This document shows positions 1-10,625 of a stretch of DNA of 64,000 nucleotides, in pieces; position 1 is the first letter of the stretch, and every line of letters begins with the position of its first letter. A program made the position numbers and the translations under genes. Origin of the DNA: Acutalibacteraceae bacterium. GTDB lineage: Bacteria; Bacillota; Clostridia; Oscillospirales; Acutalibacteraceae. A model generated the notes under the pieces. It was given only the letters and a program-made list of their open reading frames with translations. It was not told the DNA's origin and made no database searches. The stretch spans positions 17,237-81,236 of the forward strand of contig JAZNPE010000048.1 of assembly GCA_045589535.1 (NCBI GenBank). Direction: 5' to 3'.

Positions 1-632
1 GTGCAAAGCCAGGCAATGTAGCTTCCCGGTGCATCCGTACCGCAACCGCTTTCTATACCTTCGGACACAAGGCGTGCGTCCGCTTTTGTGTAATAATAAA
101 AAGGCGGACAGCACCAGTTTGTTGCAGGTGTCGGGGATTTTTCCGTCATGCTAAGCACCTTGTCATCACCGTCAATTGCGACAACTCCGCACTTCAGAAG
201 CTTCTGAAACTCAGGCTCGTAGTAACGCATAATGCAAGATGCATTCTTCTCCTTTGCGTAGTGTATAAACTTCGTCAGGCTGAAATCAAGAACATTATCC
301 CCTGCTATAACGAGCATATCGTCATCAATATTAAGACTTTCAATTGCAAACTGAATATCTTTTACCGCACCGAGGCGAGTTTCATTTGATGACGTACCGT
401 CGTCTACAACAGTTACTTTCTGCTTCTTGGTCTTTGCCCATTCATCAAAATGACAGGCAAATTTGTGGTTTGATATAACTATATACTCGTCCACCAAACC
501 TGACTTATCAATATCATCAACGAGCCAATCAAGGATTGTCTTGTCGCCAACTTCAAGAAGCGGTTTAGGAAAGTTTTCAGTTAAAGGATAAAGCCGCGTT
601 GCATAGCCCGCGGCAAGAATAAGGCATTTCAT
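1..632 (-). CDS. sugar-1-phosphate nucleotidylyltransferase (C-terminus runs off the window)
   Basis: Manual translation from the ATG at 632 gives MKCLILAAGYATRLYPLTENFPKPLLEVGDK..., an NTP-transferase N-terminal motif. The frame stays open to position 1. The gene starts 7 nt after the stop of the upstream kinase. Confidence 0.8.
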   Translation of the reverse strand, partial: MKCLILAAGYATRLYPLTENFPKPLLEVGDKTILDWLVDDIDKSGLVDEYIVISNHKFACHFDEWAKTKKQKVTVVDDGTSSNETRLGAVKDIQFAIESLNIDDDMLVIAGDNVLDFSLTKFIHYAKEKNASCIMRYYEPEFQKLLKCGVVAIDGDDKVLSMTEKSPTPATNWCCPPFYYYTKADARLVSEGIESGCGTDAPGSYIAWLC

Positions 633-638
633 AATTTA

Positions 639-1829
639 TCATTCCTCAAGATTTATACCGTCCGCACTTTCGCAGATATGGCAGGAAAACTTACCTTCAA
701 GCTCCGGAAAAGCCTTAAGATATTCCGCCGTTACGGTTTCTACAATGCTTTCTTCATATGCAGGGTCAATCAGCGCCATACAGCAACCCTTGAAGCCTGC
801 ACCTGAGAATCGTCCGCCGTAGATTCCCTTTGTTTTTGTCATTATATCATAAAGAGTTATCAACTCCGGCGAACCTGTTTCCCAATTTTCAATTGAAGAT
901 TTTCCGCTTTCAAAAGAAAGCCTGCCGAATTCTTCAATATCTCCCCTGCGCCATGCTTCAGCACCCTCCTGCACACGGAAGAATTCGGTATACCAGTGTT
1001 CGGCACGTTTTTGCCAGTTTTCGGGAAGCTTGTCCTTATACTTTAGATAAACATCATAAGGAACATCACGGAGATTTGTTTCCTCGAATTTGCCGTAATC
1101 CATACCTGCGTACGCTTTGAGTGCATATGCGGCACTCCGGCACTCGTCAACCCTCATATTAAAAGCTGAACCCGCAAGGCTTCTTTCAATACCGCTGAAG
1201 AATATTGCAATCTTATAGGGCTTCATGCAGGGATGCTGCGGTATGAGTTCATATGTGTCGTTCTGCAGATCCATATATAACAGATTTTCTTTTCTGCAAT
1301 AAATCTCGCACGACTGATCAAGCTTTCCGCAGGAAACACCGACATATTTATTTTCAGCTTCCTGAGAAATCGTTATGAGCTCAGACGGCGTAAGGATTAT
1401 TCCGTTCATCCTGCAAAGAGCAGACAAAAATGTAATAATTACAGCTGCAGAAGACGATAAACCACCAATCGGAAGTTCACCGTCAACAACAGCACAAAGT
1501 CCGCGACGCAAAGGATAGCGTTTATCAAGAGCAATAGTAGCACCTCTGAGATGATCCGCCCAGTCGCCCTGTTTCTCAGCAGGTGTTGCCTGAACATGCC
1601 ATTGAGCACGTTTTTCAAACTGAAGAGACTGAATCTCGATAACACCGTTTTCCTTCGGCCCGTATGCTATATTAACACCTTTATTGATTGCCATACCCGT
1701 AATCTTACCGAGCTGATGATCACTGTGCGCACCAATCGGACAAATGCGGTATGGTGTGAATGCAACGCATTGAGGCGTTTTTTTATATATTTTTTCGAAC
1801 AAATCAGCTGATGCTGTCATAGTTTTCAC
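639..1829 (-). CDS. GHMP-family sugar 1-kinase (galactokinase-like)
   Basis: 396 aa. Contains a PIGAHSDHQ (GalK-signature-like) motif and a PIGGLSSSAAV GHMP ATP-binding motif. Confidence 0.8.
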   Translation of the reverse strand: MKTMTASADLFEKIYKKTPQCVAFTPYRICPIGAHSDHQLGKITGMAINKGVNIAYGPKENGVIEIQSLQFEKRAQWHVQATPAEKQGDWADHLRGATIALDKRYPLRRGLCAVVDGELPIGGLSSSAAVIITFLSALCRMNGIILTPSELITISQEAENKYVGVSCGKLDQSCEIYCRKENLLYMDLQNDTYELIPQHPCMKPYKIAIFFSGIERSLAGSAFNMRVDECRSAAYALKAYAGMDYGKFEETNLRDVPYDVYLKYKDKLPENWQKRAEHWYTEFFRVQEGAEAWRRGDIEEFGRLSFESGKSSIENWETGSPELITLYDIMTKTKGIYGGRFSGAGFKGCCMALIDPAYEESIVETVTAEYLKAFPELEGKFSCHICESADGINLEE

Positions 1830-1841
1830 CTTTAATTCAAA

Positions 1842-3026
1842 TCAAAACTTTCTCCAGACCATTTTTTCTACAACACCTGTATAAGATTGGATAATTTTAA
1901 CAACCTTTGTACTGACGTTTTCTTCAACATAATCAGGTACGGGGATTCCGTAATCTCCGCTGTCATTCATATCAACAGCAGTAGTTACAGCCTGAAGAAG
2001 GCTTTTTTCGTCAATGCCGGCAAGAACAAAGCAAGCTTTATCAAGAGCCTCGGGTCGTTCGGTTGATGTTCTTATACAAACAGCCGGAAACGGATGGCCT
2101 ACACTCGTAAAGAAGCTTGATTCCTCGGGAAGTGTACCGCTGTCCGAAACAACTGCATAAGCGTTCATCTGTAATTTATTATAATCATGGAAGCCGAGAG
2201 GTTCATTTCTGATTACCCTCTTATCAAGCACAAAACCGCTTTTTTCAAGACGGTTTCGGCTTCTCGGGTGGCAGGAATAAAGAATCGGCATATCATATTT
2301 TTCCGCCAATTTGTTTATAGCATTAAACAAGCTGAGGAAATTTTTTTCTGTATCAATATTTTCTTCTCTGTGGGCAGAAAGCAAGATATACTTTTTCGGT
2401 TCTAGACCAAGACGATCAAGCACGTCGCTCGACTCAATTTCACAAAGATTCTGATGAAGCACCTCTGCCATCGGAGAACCCGTTACATAGGTACGTTCTT
2501 TAGGAAGCCCACACTCGTGAAGATATTTTCTTGCATGTTCACTATACGCAAGGTTAACATCAGAAATAATATCAACGATACGGCGGTTTGTTTCTTCGGG
2601 CAGACATTCATCCTTACACCTGTTGCCTGCTTCCATATGGAAAATCGGAATATGAAGTCTTTTTGCCGCAATTGCTGAAAGGCAGGAATTTGTGTCACCC
2701 AGAATAAGAAGAGCATCCGGCTTTATCTCTGCCATAAGCTTGTATGAACAGTTAATTATATTTCCGACTGTTGCACCAAGGTCATCACCTACGGCATTCA
2801 TATACACTTCAGGATCGGCAAGCTTAAGATCTCTGAAAAAAACACCGTTAAGATTGTAGTCATAATTCTGACCCGTATGAGCAAGGACAGTGTCAAAATA
2901 CCTGCGGCACTTATTTATAACAGCAGCAAGACGGATAATCTCCGGTCTTGTACCGACGATGATAAGTAGCTTCAACTTGCCGTTATTCTGAAAATTCACA
3001 TCACTGTAATCAAGTTTAATATCCAT
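1842..3026 (-). CDS. fnlC: UDP-N-acetylglucosamine 2-epimerase, non-hydrolysing (FnlC/CapG type)
   Basis: 394 aa. Epimerase_2-like sequence (IVGTRPEIIRLA, HTGQNYD, HMEAGNR). It is the third gene of a CapE/F/G-like trio. Confidence 0.75.
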   Translation of the reverse strand: MDIKLDYSDVNFQNNGKLKLLIIVGTRPEIIRLAAVINKCRRYFDTVLAHTGQNYDYNLNGVFFRDLKLADPEVYMNAVGDDLGATVGNIINCSYKLMAEIKPDALLILGDTNSCLSAIAAKRLHIPIFHMEAGNRCKDECLPEETNRRIVDIISDVNLAYSEHARKYLHECGLPKERTYVTGSPMAEVLHQNLCEIESSDVLDRLGLEPKKYILLSAHREENIDTEKNFLSLFNAINKLAEKYDMPILYSCHPRSRNRLEKSGFVLDKRVIRNEPLGFHDYNKLQMNAYAVVSDSGTLPEESSFFTSVGHPFPAVCIRTSTERPEALDKACFVLAGIDEKSLLQAVTTAVDMNDSGDYGIPVPDYVEENVSTKVVKIIQSYTGVVEKMVWRKF

Positions 3027-3050
3027 GGTTTATCCCTTTCGTAATAACGC

Positions 3051-4250
3051 TTATTCAACGATTTCAAAAAATGTATCGGGACGGTTCGGGTCAAACTGTT
3101 CATTCGCCCACATAACCGTTACAAGATTTTCGGTTTCTGAAAGATTGATTATGTTATGTGTATAACCCGGGAGCATATGAATTGCTTCAATTTTATCTCC
3201 GCTGACTTCAAAATTTAAAACCTCATCAGTGCCTATTTTTCTTTCCTGAATAAGACCGTGTCCGCTGACAACAATAAAAAATTCCCATTTAGAATGGTGC
3301 CAATGCTGACCTTTAGTTATACCCGGCTTAGAGATATTCACAGAAAACTGACCGCATTTTTCTGTTTTAAGAAGCTCGGTAAAGCTTCCTCTGTCATCCG
3401 TATTCATTTTCAAGGGGAATGAAACTTTTTCTTTTGGAAGATAGGACAAGAAGGTACTGTAAAGCTTCTTTGCAAACGAATTATCGGGGATTTCAGGCAT
3501 AACTAATGTGCACGCCTGATTTTTGAAAGTTTCAAGCAAATCAACTATTTCACCGAGAGTAACCTTATGCGTAACGGGAACAGCGCAGTATTTGCCCTCT
3601 TCACAGAGTACCGTTTCAATTCCGTCGAAAACACAATGATGTTCTTTATTTTCAAGCACATCAAGCATTTCGGCAACCAAATCATCAATATAAAGCAGCT
3701 CCAACTGAACTGCTCTGTTACTGACAGTTATCGGAAGATCATTTGCAATGTTGTTACAGAAAGTTGCAACAGCACTGTTATAGTTCGGTCTGCACCATTT
3801 GCCGAAAAGATTCGGAAAACGGTAAACATAAACCTTAGCTCCGGTTTCTTCGCCGTATGCAAAAATCAGGTCCTCACCTGCCTTTTTGCTTCTGCCGTAA
3901 TCACTGTCATAACGGCCGATGCAGGTTGCCTGGATTGAAGATGAAATCATAACAGGACAAGCATTATTGTGTTTTCTGAGCATTTCGAGAAGCTCTGCCG
4001 CAAAGCCGAAATTGCCCTGCATAAACTCTTCCGGATTCTGCGGACGGTTAATTCCGGCAAGATTGAAAACAAAATCAGCTTTTGCACAGTATTCATCAAG
4101 CAAAGCTTTATCTGTGTCAATATCGAACTCAAAAACCTCACCAATTTTAATTTCCGGACGTGTTCTGTCCTTACCGTCTCTTATATTTTTAAGACTTGCA
4201 CAAAGGTTTTTACCCACAAATCCTTTAGCGCCTGTTACAAGTATATTCAT
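3051..4250 (-). CDS. fnlB: UDP-L-FucNAc pathway reductase/epimerase (FnlB/CapF type, SDR plus C-terminal cupin)
   Basis: 399 aa. N-terminal Rossmann motif MNILVTGAKGFVGKNL, C-terminal cupin-like region (GQHWHH...). Lies between the fnlA-like and fnlC-like genes. Confidence 0.7.
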   Translation of the reverse strand: MNILVTGAKGFVGKNLCASLKNIRDGKDRTRPEIKIGEVFEFDIDTDKALLDEYCAKADFVFNLAGINRPQNPEEFMQGNFGFAAELLEMLRKHNNACPVMISSSIQATCIGRYDSDYGRSKKAGEDLIFAYGEETGAKVYVYRFPNLFGKWCRPNYNSAVATFCNNIANDLPITVSNRAVQLELLYIDDLVAEMLDVLENKEHHCVFDGIETVLCEEGKYCAVPVTHKVTLGEIVDLLETFKNQACTLVMPEIPDNSFAKKLYSTFLSYLPKEKVSFPLKMNTDDRGSFTELLKTEKCGQFSVNISKPGITKGQHWHHSKWEFFIVVSGHGLIQERKIGTDEVLNFEVSGDKIEAIHMLPGYTHNIINLSETENLVTVMWANEQFDPNRPDTFFEIVE

Positions 4251-4252
4251 AC

Positions 4253-5293
4253 TTATTTTGCCTCCTTTGCAAGCTCTTCCTGAATATACGCAAGAGATGC
4301 AATCTTAGCTTTCGTTTCTTCTACTGTAAGAAGCTGTGTGTTATTGGAATTAAATTCAGTAAGAACATTTCGCTCTGCATCGCCCTCACTGAAATATTTA
4401 TCGTAATTAAGTCCTCTCTTATCACAAGGTACTCTGTAAAACTCACCCATATCGACAGCGTTAGCACACTCTTCGTTTGTGAGCAAAGTTTCATACATTT
4501 TCTCACCGTGACGGATACCGATGATTTTAATATCATCTTTATTACCGCCAAAAAGTTCACACACAGCTTCAGCCTGTGTCTGAATTGTGCAGGCAGGTGC
4601 TTTCTGCACAAGAATATCGCCCGGTTCACCGTTTTCAAATGCAAACAGAACAAGATCAACTGCTTCGTCAAGTGACATTATAAAACGAGTCATAGAAGGC
4701 TCTGTTACCGTGATAGGATTGCCTTTTTTTATCTGTTCTATCCAAAGAGGGATAACCGAACCGCGTGAACACATAACGTTACCGTAACGTGTACAGCAGA
4801 TTTTTGTCTTGGTTGTTGTTCGTGCCTTAGCGACAACAACCTTTTCCATCATAGCTTTAGATGTACCCATTGCATTAACCGGATAAGCAGCCTTATCCGT
4901 TGAGAGACATACAACGTTCTGTACCCCCGCTTCAATCGCTGCAGTCAATACGTTTTCAGTTCCGAGAACGTTTGTCTTAACCGCTTCAATCGGGAAAAAC
5001 TCACATGACGGAACCTGCTTAAGTGCCGCTGCATGGAAAATATAATCAACACCGTACATCGCACTCTTAACGGAAGCAAGATCGCGCACGTCGCCGATAT
5101 AAAATTTAATTTTATCAGCAACTTCAGGCATTTTCACCTGAAACTCATGGCGCATATCATCCTGCTTTTTCTCATCACGAGAAAAAATACGTATTTCTCC
5201 TATATCAGTACGAAGAAAACGGTTAAGTACAGCGTTGCCGAATGAACCTGTACCGCCGGTAATGAGTAAAGTTTTACCTGTAAAATTAGCCAT
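4253..5293 (-). CDS. fnlA: UDP-GlcNAc 4,6-dehydratase/5-epimerase (FnlA/CapE type)
   Basis: 346 aa. Starts KTLLITGGTGSFGNAV and matches the CapD/PseB-like short-chain dehydratase family. Confidence 0.75.
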   Translation of the reverse strand: MANFTGKTLLITGGTGSFGNAVLNRFLRTDIGEIRIFSRDEKKQDDMRHEFQVKMPEVADKIKFYIGDVRDLASVKSAMYGVDYIFHAAALKQVPSCEFFPIEAVKTNVLGTENVLTAAIEAGVQNVVCLSTDKAAYPVNAMGTSKAMMEKVVVAKARTTTKTKICCTRYGNVMCSRGSVIPLWIEQIKKGNPITVTEPSMTRFIMSLDEAVDLVLFAFENGEPGDILVQKAPACTIQTQAEAVCELFGGNKDDIKIIGIRHGEKMYETLLTNEECANAVDMGEFYRVPCDKRGLNYDKYFSEGDAERNVLTEFNSNNTQLLTVEETKAKIASLAYIQEELAKEAK

Positions 5294-5308
5294 ATTATTT
5301 CTCCTATT

Positions 5309-6589
5309 TCATTCTATATTTTCGCCACAAATAATACTTTTTACAAATTCACTGTTCTTTTTCAAACTGTGATTTTTATCTGCAAGAATTAAGGCGTTTT
5401 CAACATATTTTTCTCTGAATGTTTTATCTTCAATACATTTAGTTAAAATCTCTTTAAGTTCATCTTCATCAGATGCAATATGTGCTGCGTTATGTTCATC
5501 AAAATACTGCACAAAAGGATATTTACGCAACGCATAAATAAGCGTTGGTATTCCGCAAGCCAGATAATCCGCGAGCTTTGTTGAAAATGCACAAAGCAAG
5601 TCATCCAGACCTTCTGGATTCTCGCAGTGAATTACCATAGAACAATTTTTAGTTTCTTCTAACACTTGAGTATACGGTATTCTTCCGCCAAACTCCACAT
5701 TAGGACAATTAGTTAACTGTTCTTTTGTTGTGTTATCCGGAAAAGAGCCGAATAATTTCAGTCTGGCTGTAGGGTCAACTTCGTAAAGAACTTTTGCCAA
5801 CGACAATAATGTCGCTGATCGTCCCACTCCAAGATTTCCACAATATAACAAAGTAAACTGTTCCGGTTCTTTATGTTCGGAACGGTAATCATTCATACCA
5901 GAAGCCGTATATACGGATTTGCTATTCCCATAATGTGGATATGTAAGCTGATACTGATTTTCTAAATACTCCGTAATATAGAAGCAGTAATCCACCTTCT
6001 TCATAAATTCTGAATAGGCTTTTTTCAACCGGTTCTTCAACAAAAAATGCCACACAGAATGCTTCTTGGCACTTGCATATAACACTTCTTTAAGAACATA
6101 GTTTTCACAGTTATACATATATAAGGGAATCCTGCGCTTATTTGCGATCGTTCTTGCAATGTCATACATGAACGGAGCATCACCAGCATACAACAAAACA
6201 GCCTGCGGTGAGAAATCATTCAAGAACTGTTCGAAATCAGAAGTCCACCATCTTCTCATCGACCAAATCAAATCTCGAATATATAAATTTCTGCACGACC
6301 GGACAATAGAATTATCCTTTACCGAAGATTCATAAGTTTCGCTGACACTGTTTGATATCACTTTACCGCGAATAGTTTTTCTAAATAACGGATTAATTAC
6401 AGTTTTAAGTGCACTCTTATCCGAAATCTGATAATAATACTTACAACAAGAAAAATCAGGTTTATCCTTAATGTAAAACTGTGCAAGTTCTTTAGCGTCA
6501 AAACCATGCAACAAATTTTTCAGAGTACGTCCGTTTGAAGAAGAGTTGTTCATTGCAGTATTTGAAATAATCAATAAACGTTTCATCAC
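5309..6589 (-). CDS. glycosyltransferase (GT-B fold, GT4-like C-terminal half)
   Basis: 426 aa. The C-terminal region (STKLADYLACGIPTLIY) resembles the GT1/GT4 nucleotide-sugar binding half. EPS locus context. Confidence 0.55.
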   Translation of the reverse strand: MMKRLLIISNTAMNNSSSNGRTLKNLLHGFDAKELAQFYIKDKPDFSCCKYYYQISDKSALKTVINPLFRKTIRGKVISNSVSETYESSVKDNSIVRSCRNLYIRDLIWSMRRWWTSDFEQFLNDFSPQAVLLYAGDAPFMYDIARTIANKRRIPLYMYNCENYVLKEVLYASAKKHSVWHFLLKNRLKKAYSEFMKKVDYCFYITEYLENQYQLTYPHYGNSKSVYTASGMNDYRSEHKEPEQFTLLYCGNLGVGRSATLLSLAKVLYEVDPTARLKLFGSFPDNTTKEQLTNCPNVEFGGRIPYTQVLEETKNCSMVIHCENPEGLDDLLCAFSTKLADYLACGIPTLIYALRKYPFVQYFDEHNAAHIASDEDELKEILTKCIEDKTFREKYVENALILADKNHSLKKNSEFVKSIICGENIE

Positions 6590-6674
6590 TGTATTCTCCT
6601 TACTTTTTTACTGACAGTATCAATACCCAATACTTAACCTTATTGCTTAATACGAAAACATCTATATAGCTTAA

Positions 6675-8201
6675 TTATTTATGCTTTTTGTATTTAATTA
6701 TCCCAAAAAGTTTTTCAGCCTCAGATTTCAAATACATACGATTTGTCGAGAAACATAAAAGAATACTGAAATAAACAACACCACAAATAGCAACTTCAAC
6801 AAACTGCCATATTAATCCTGACGGGATATATCTTTGCATTATATAAGCAAATACACCCATCACAACGGATGACAGAATAATCTCTTTTACTGAGATAAAC
6901 ATTTTAAGAGGTGAAATCCTAAAACTAAATTTCATAAAAAACATATGTACAACAACTATCTGCAAAAAAGCAAATGAACGTAACCAAACAAGAGTACTAA
7001 ACCCTTGTCTTACAGAGTATACGCATACAGGGATCACAAAAGCAAGATGTAAAAGCTGGGCTACTAATGAAATTTTCGGTTTTCCTTTAGCTCGATACAC
7101 CTCTCTGCTGAATGTTCCGAAAACACAAACAATCGACGTACACAGACCCCAGATTCCGACAAAATCAGCAGCTTCCATCCATTGTTTACCCAACAACAAC
7201 AATGTTACAAGATCGCGAAAACAAAATATTCCAACTCCTAACGGAAGAACAAACATCGCAACATTCTTCTGAAAAGTAAAAAAAAGCTGTTCAAATTTTT
7301 CACTATCATCCTGGCAGCGGGATAAAGCTGAAAATAAAACAGTAGTAGTAGCACCTGTAACAATAGTTAAAATACTTGTAACTGTGCTCTGTGAATTCTT
7401 ATACAGTCCTGTGTAGTAATTTCCGAGAACATTACTGATAACCAGAATATCAATATAATTGCTTGCCCACAATGCAATCGACTCCAGTAAAGTCCATATA
7501 CTGAAAGAGAGCATTTTCTTAAGAAGTTTAACACTGTAAAAGAAATTTGGTTTCCAGTCTGAAGCATATGTCAGTAAAATTGATTTTAGTAATCCGCCTG
7601 TTAAATTGCCTATGATAAGTGACCAGTGCTTTAATCCCAGTAATGCAAGTGGTACAGTAACAATAAGTGGAAGCAACGAAACAGACAATCTTTTAACAAA
7701 AAGAATCTTGAAATTCAGTTTTCTCTGAAACAATGCTTCCTGTATGCTACTGAAGGATGTCAGCGGTAGCGACAAAGCTGCAATTGCTAACGCAAAACCA
7801 TATCCCTGATTTCCCAATGCAACAGAAATCTGGTTTCTGAACACTGCTATAAGTCCCCATGCCAATAAAGAAATACTTATATTAGTCCAAAAAGCAACAG
7901 AAGCACCTTTATGTAATTCTTCTTTAGCACTATATTGGTGCTGAATAAGATACTTTTGGAATCCCGCTGTCGACAACATATCAGCAAAACTGATAATCAT
8001 ATTAATTGATGCAATTATACCGAAAATCTCTGGGGCAAGAATTCGTGCAAGAATCATATTCGAAATTGGAACAATTAATTTGGCTGACAATTCTGCCGCG
8101 AAAGACCATATAGTGGCTTTTCCTACCGAATCACCTGAATTTTTATTCATTTTGATTGAATCTGTCACATAATACGCTCCTTTCGCTACACAAGTCTTCA
8201 A
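6675..8201 (-). CDS. wzx: Wzx-type polysaccharide flippase (MOP superfamily)
   Basis: About 490-508 aa and polytopic, with a multi-TM profile typical of polysaccharide biosynthesis (Wzx) proteins. The true start is probably the internal MNKNSGDS. Confidence 0.7.
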   Translation of the reverse strand: MKTCVAKGAYYVTDSIKMNKNSGDSVGKATIWSFAAELSAKLIVPISNMILARILAPEIFGIIASINMIISFADMLSTAGFQKYLIQHQYSAKEELHKGASVAFWTNISISLLAWGLIAVFRNQISVALGNQGYGFALAIAALSLPLTSFSSIQEALFQRKLNFKILFVKRLSVSLLPLIVTVPLALLGLKHWSLIIGNLTGGLLKSILLTYASDWKPNFFYSVKLLKKMLSFSIWTLLESIALWASNYIDILVISNVLGNYYTGLYKNSQSTVTSILTIVTGATTTVLFSALSRCQDDSEKFEQLFFTFQKNVAMFVLPLGVGIFCFRDLVTLLLLGKQWMEAADFVGIWGLCTSIVCVFGTFSREVYRAKGKPKISLVAQLLHLAFVIPVCVYSVRQGFSTLVWLRSFAFLQIVVVHMFFMKFSFRISPLKMFISVKEIILSSVVMGVFAYIMQRYIPSGLIWQFVEVAICGVVYFSILLCFSTNRMYLKSEAEKLFGIIKYKKHK

Positions 8202-8233
8202 AAAAATATCGCAGATTTACACAAATTCTTATA

Positions 8234-9520
8234 TTACCTAATCAAAGACTTATTAAGCATATAGTGTTTCCAGTCAGCAATCACAATACCCCAAAAAGTC
8301 GCCGTTATGGTAATGTGTGTAAATGTAATAAAATAATTAGTGAACAATGATAACACGATTGAAATAATAAGTGATGCTCCTGCAGCCTTTGCACCAGGAT
8401 AGCCAGTTTTGATCATCTTTCTACAAGCAATGAACATTTTAGCATACAGGTTAATAATTAATATAAGCGCAAAAACACCATAATTATACATTATTTCAAG
8501 AAAATCATTATGTGCACCCGACTCACTTCCATAAACCAACTGAATACCACTTAATCCGTGTCCGAAAAAGAAACCGTAAAAATCAGATACCGTAATCGCT
8601 TTCCAAACACCTGAGTATATATCATCACGACCGCTACCACCATCTGTAGTAATCGTTTCCATTCTATCAAACAGTGACAAATTAAGTTTTGACTCAAGTA
8701 AAAAATATGCTATAAACAAAAATACGGCCACTACAAATAATTTAATCAAAACCTTAAAAAAATCTTCTATGTTTTTCTTTTGAATAGAACCAATTATGTA
8801 ATACACAAATACAGCGCATACCATTGCTATAAAGCCTGCACGCTTTCCTGCCATCATAAGACACACAACGAGAGGTATTAGTTTGATATACATATTTGTT
8901 TTCTTATCAAACAGAAAAACCAATGGTAAAGCACACAAAAGAAAATAAGCATCCGACTGATAAACATTCGTATGATTCAAAGCCACGCGAGAATACATTA
9001 GAAACAAAGTAAAGGCAGCTAACGCAAAATATAAAACACTATATACCTTGTATTCAAATTTTGAGATGCCTTTTGAGGCTGCATAATAAAAAACAAAGAT
9101 TACGGATGCAAAATAAAACAACATTGCATACGAAAAAACGATGTTAATAGAAAAGTTTTTTAGGTTCAACAGTGAAATGACCGCAACATAAAAGCTATAC
9201 ATAAAAGCGTCTTTGATTACAATCGGCAACGTTATGCTTTTTTTTATACAACTCATTAAAAGTAGTACCGACAATGCAATAAAACTGATGTTTAATACAT
9301 TCCATATACCTCCCGAAGAACCACTAGCACCTACCAAGGAGTTCCTGTACATTTTCAATATTGCATACAAAAATGAAATAAAGAGCCATATAGCTAGCAC
9401 CCAGTTACGCGTGACTGAATTATTCTTTTTTATTTCACCTTCAACCGCAAGAGAGCATAAGTTAGACCTTTCAGTTGAACCATGACCAGAACATATTCTT
9501 TCATTGCTATCGTTTTTCAT
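8234..9520 (-). CDS. O-antigen ligase/Wzy-like polysaccharide polymerase
   Basis: 428 aa with more than 10 predicted TM helices and a large loop containing GAHNDFLEIMYNYG (Wzy_C-like). Adjacent to wzx. Confidence 0.6.
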   Translation of the reverse strand: MKNDSNERICSGHGSTERSNLCSLAVEGEIKKNNSVTRNWVLAIWLFISFLYAILKMYRNSLVGASGSSGGIWNVLNISFIALSVLLLMSCIKKSITLPIVIKDAFMYSFYVAVISLLNLKNFSINIVFSYAMLFYFASVIFVFYYAASKGISKFEYKVYSVLYFALAAFTLFLMYSRVALNHTNVYQSDAYFLLCALPLVFLFDKKTNMYIKLIPLVVCLMMAGKRAGFIAMVCAVFVYYIIGSIQKKNIEDFFKVLIKLFVVAVFLFIAYFLLESKLNLSLFDRMETITTDGGSGRDDIYSGVWKAITVSDFYGFFFGHGLSGIQLVYGSESGAHNDFLEIMYNYGVFALILIINLYAKMFIACRKMIKTGYPGAKAAGASLIISIVLSLFTNYFITFTHITITATFWGIVIADWKHYMLNKSLIR

Positions 9521-10622
9521 TCACATAATTCCCCAAATTATTCAAGTAACCAAAAGATTCTTTTTTCTTTTCATTTACCACAGTTTCAAAATTATTGTAG
9601 TTAACATCTTCAAAATCGGCATACTTTGTATCATTTTTTCGCACAAGTCTGTTTTCCAAACCAAACATACTGCATAATGCAATTGCACGCTCAGGCTTAT
9701 AATCAATCAACGAGTAAAACTTTTTATTAAAAATAATTGAAAATGCAGTTGCGTGAAAAGATGTTGTAACCACTGCACCCGCATCACGGATCAACTGTAC
9801 AAATTCCTGCGGTGTGACATCAAACAGATATTTGTCTGCTTTTATTTTTTTATCTACACGCGGCTGAATTGACACGACCTGCCAACCTGTCTCTTTTTTC
9901 AGTTTGTCAACAAGAGTCTGAAACGCATCATGACGCAACATTCTGAAACACAGAATATACGGTTCTTTTATACGAGCTTCAGGCGTAATCTTATTCCATT
10001 GCTCTCTATCCAACAAAAAAACAGGATCTATATGTGTCTGACAGGATAAACCCAATGTGTTTTTAATATATTCTGTACCCTGTTCTTCCCTTGAAGAAAT
10101 ACAGTCAAACTGTGAAAGTCTTTTTTTCAGATACTTAACACTTTTCTCATCTTTTTCATACAAACCTTTACTTGCCGCATAACTTGCGCGAACCGTTTCA
10201 GGACCGCCAAAATCAAGAAAACGGATTGGTACCAAATCATTTCCAAGCGAAAAAACCTGATCGCTACCTGTTAAATAAATTTCTGCTTCCGGCGGTGTTC
10301 TCTGTACTTCTTCAACCGAATAGTATGGTCTTGTCTGTTTTAAAAAATCTTTACGGAACCCGAGAAACCTGTTTGACAATTTCTTATTTCTGCCATAATA
10401 GACAAGATTTTGCACCTTTATAATCGCTTGTCTGATTACTACTTTCAAATTTGAAGCACGTTGATCAGAAACACTCACATCAAGAATTTCATTTTCATAT
10501 CCAAGTTCAATCAGTGTCTGTTGGAGAGCGTATGCCTGCAATACTGCTCCGTAGTTATCCGCTTTCTGTGTTGTAACAGTAACAATCTTCATTTCATACA
10601 CTCCTTCATTAACTCCATACAT
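9507..10622 (-). CDS. polysaccharide pyruvyl transferase
   Basis: The N-terminus KIVTVTTQKADNYGAVLQAYALQ and the C-terminal VVTTSFHATAFSIIF are typical of the PS_pyruv_trans family. The likely start is MKIVTV. Confidence 0.7.
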   Translation of the reverse strand: MYGVNEGVYEMKIVTVTTQKADNYGAVLQAYALQQTLIELGYENEILDVSVSDQRASNLKVVIRQAIIKVQNLVYYGRNKKLSNRFLGFRKDFLKQTRPYYSVEEVQRTPPEAEIYLTGSDQVFSLGNDLVPIRFLDFGGPETVRASYAASKGLYEKDEKSVKYLKKRLSQFDCISSREEQGTEYIKNTLGLSCQTHIDPVFLLDREQWNKITPEARIKEPYILCFRMLRHDAFQTLVDKLKKETGWQVVSIQPRVDKKIKADKYLFDVTPQEFVQLIRDAGAVVTTSFHATAFSIIFNKKFYSLIDYKPERAIALCSMFGLENRLVRKNDTKYADFEDVNYNNFETVVNEKKKESFGYLNNLGNYVNEKR

Positions 10623-10625
10623 AAA

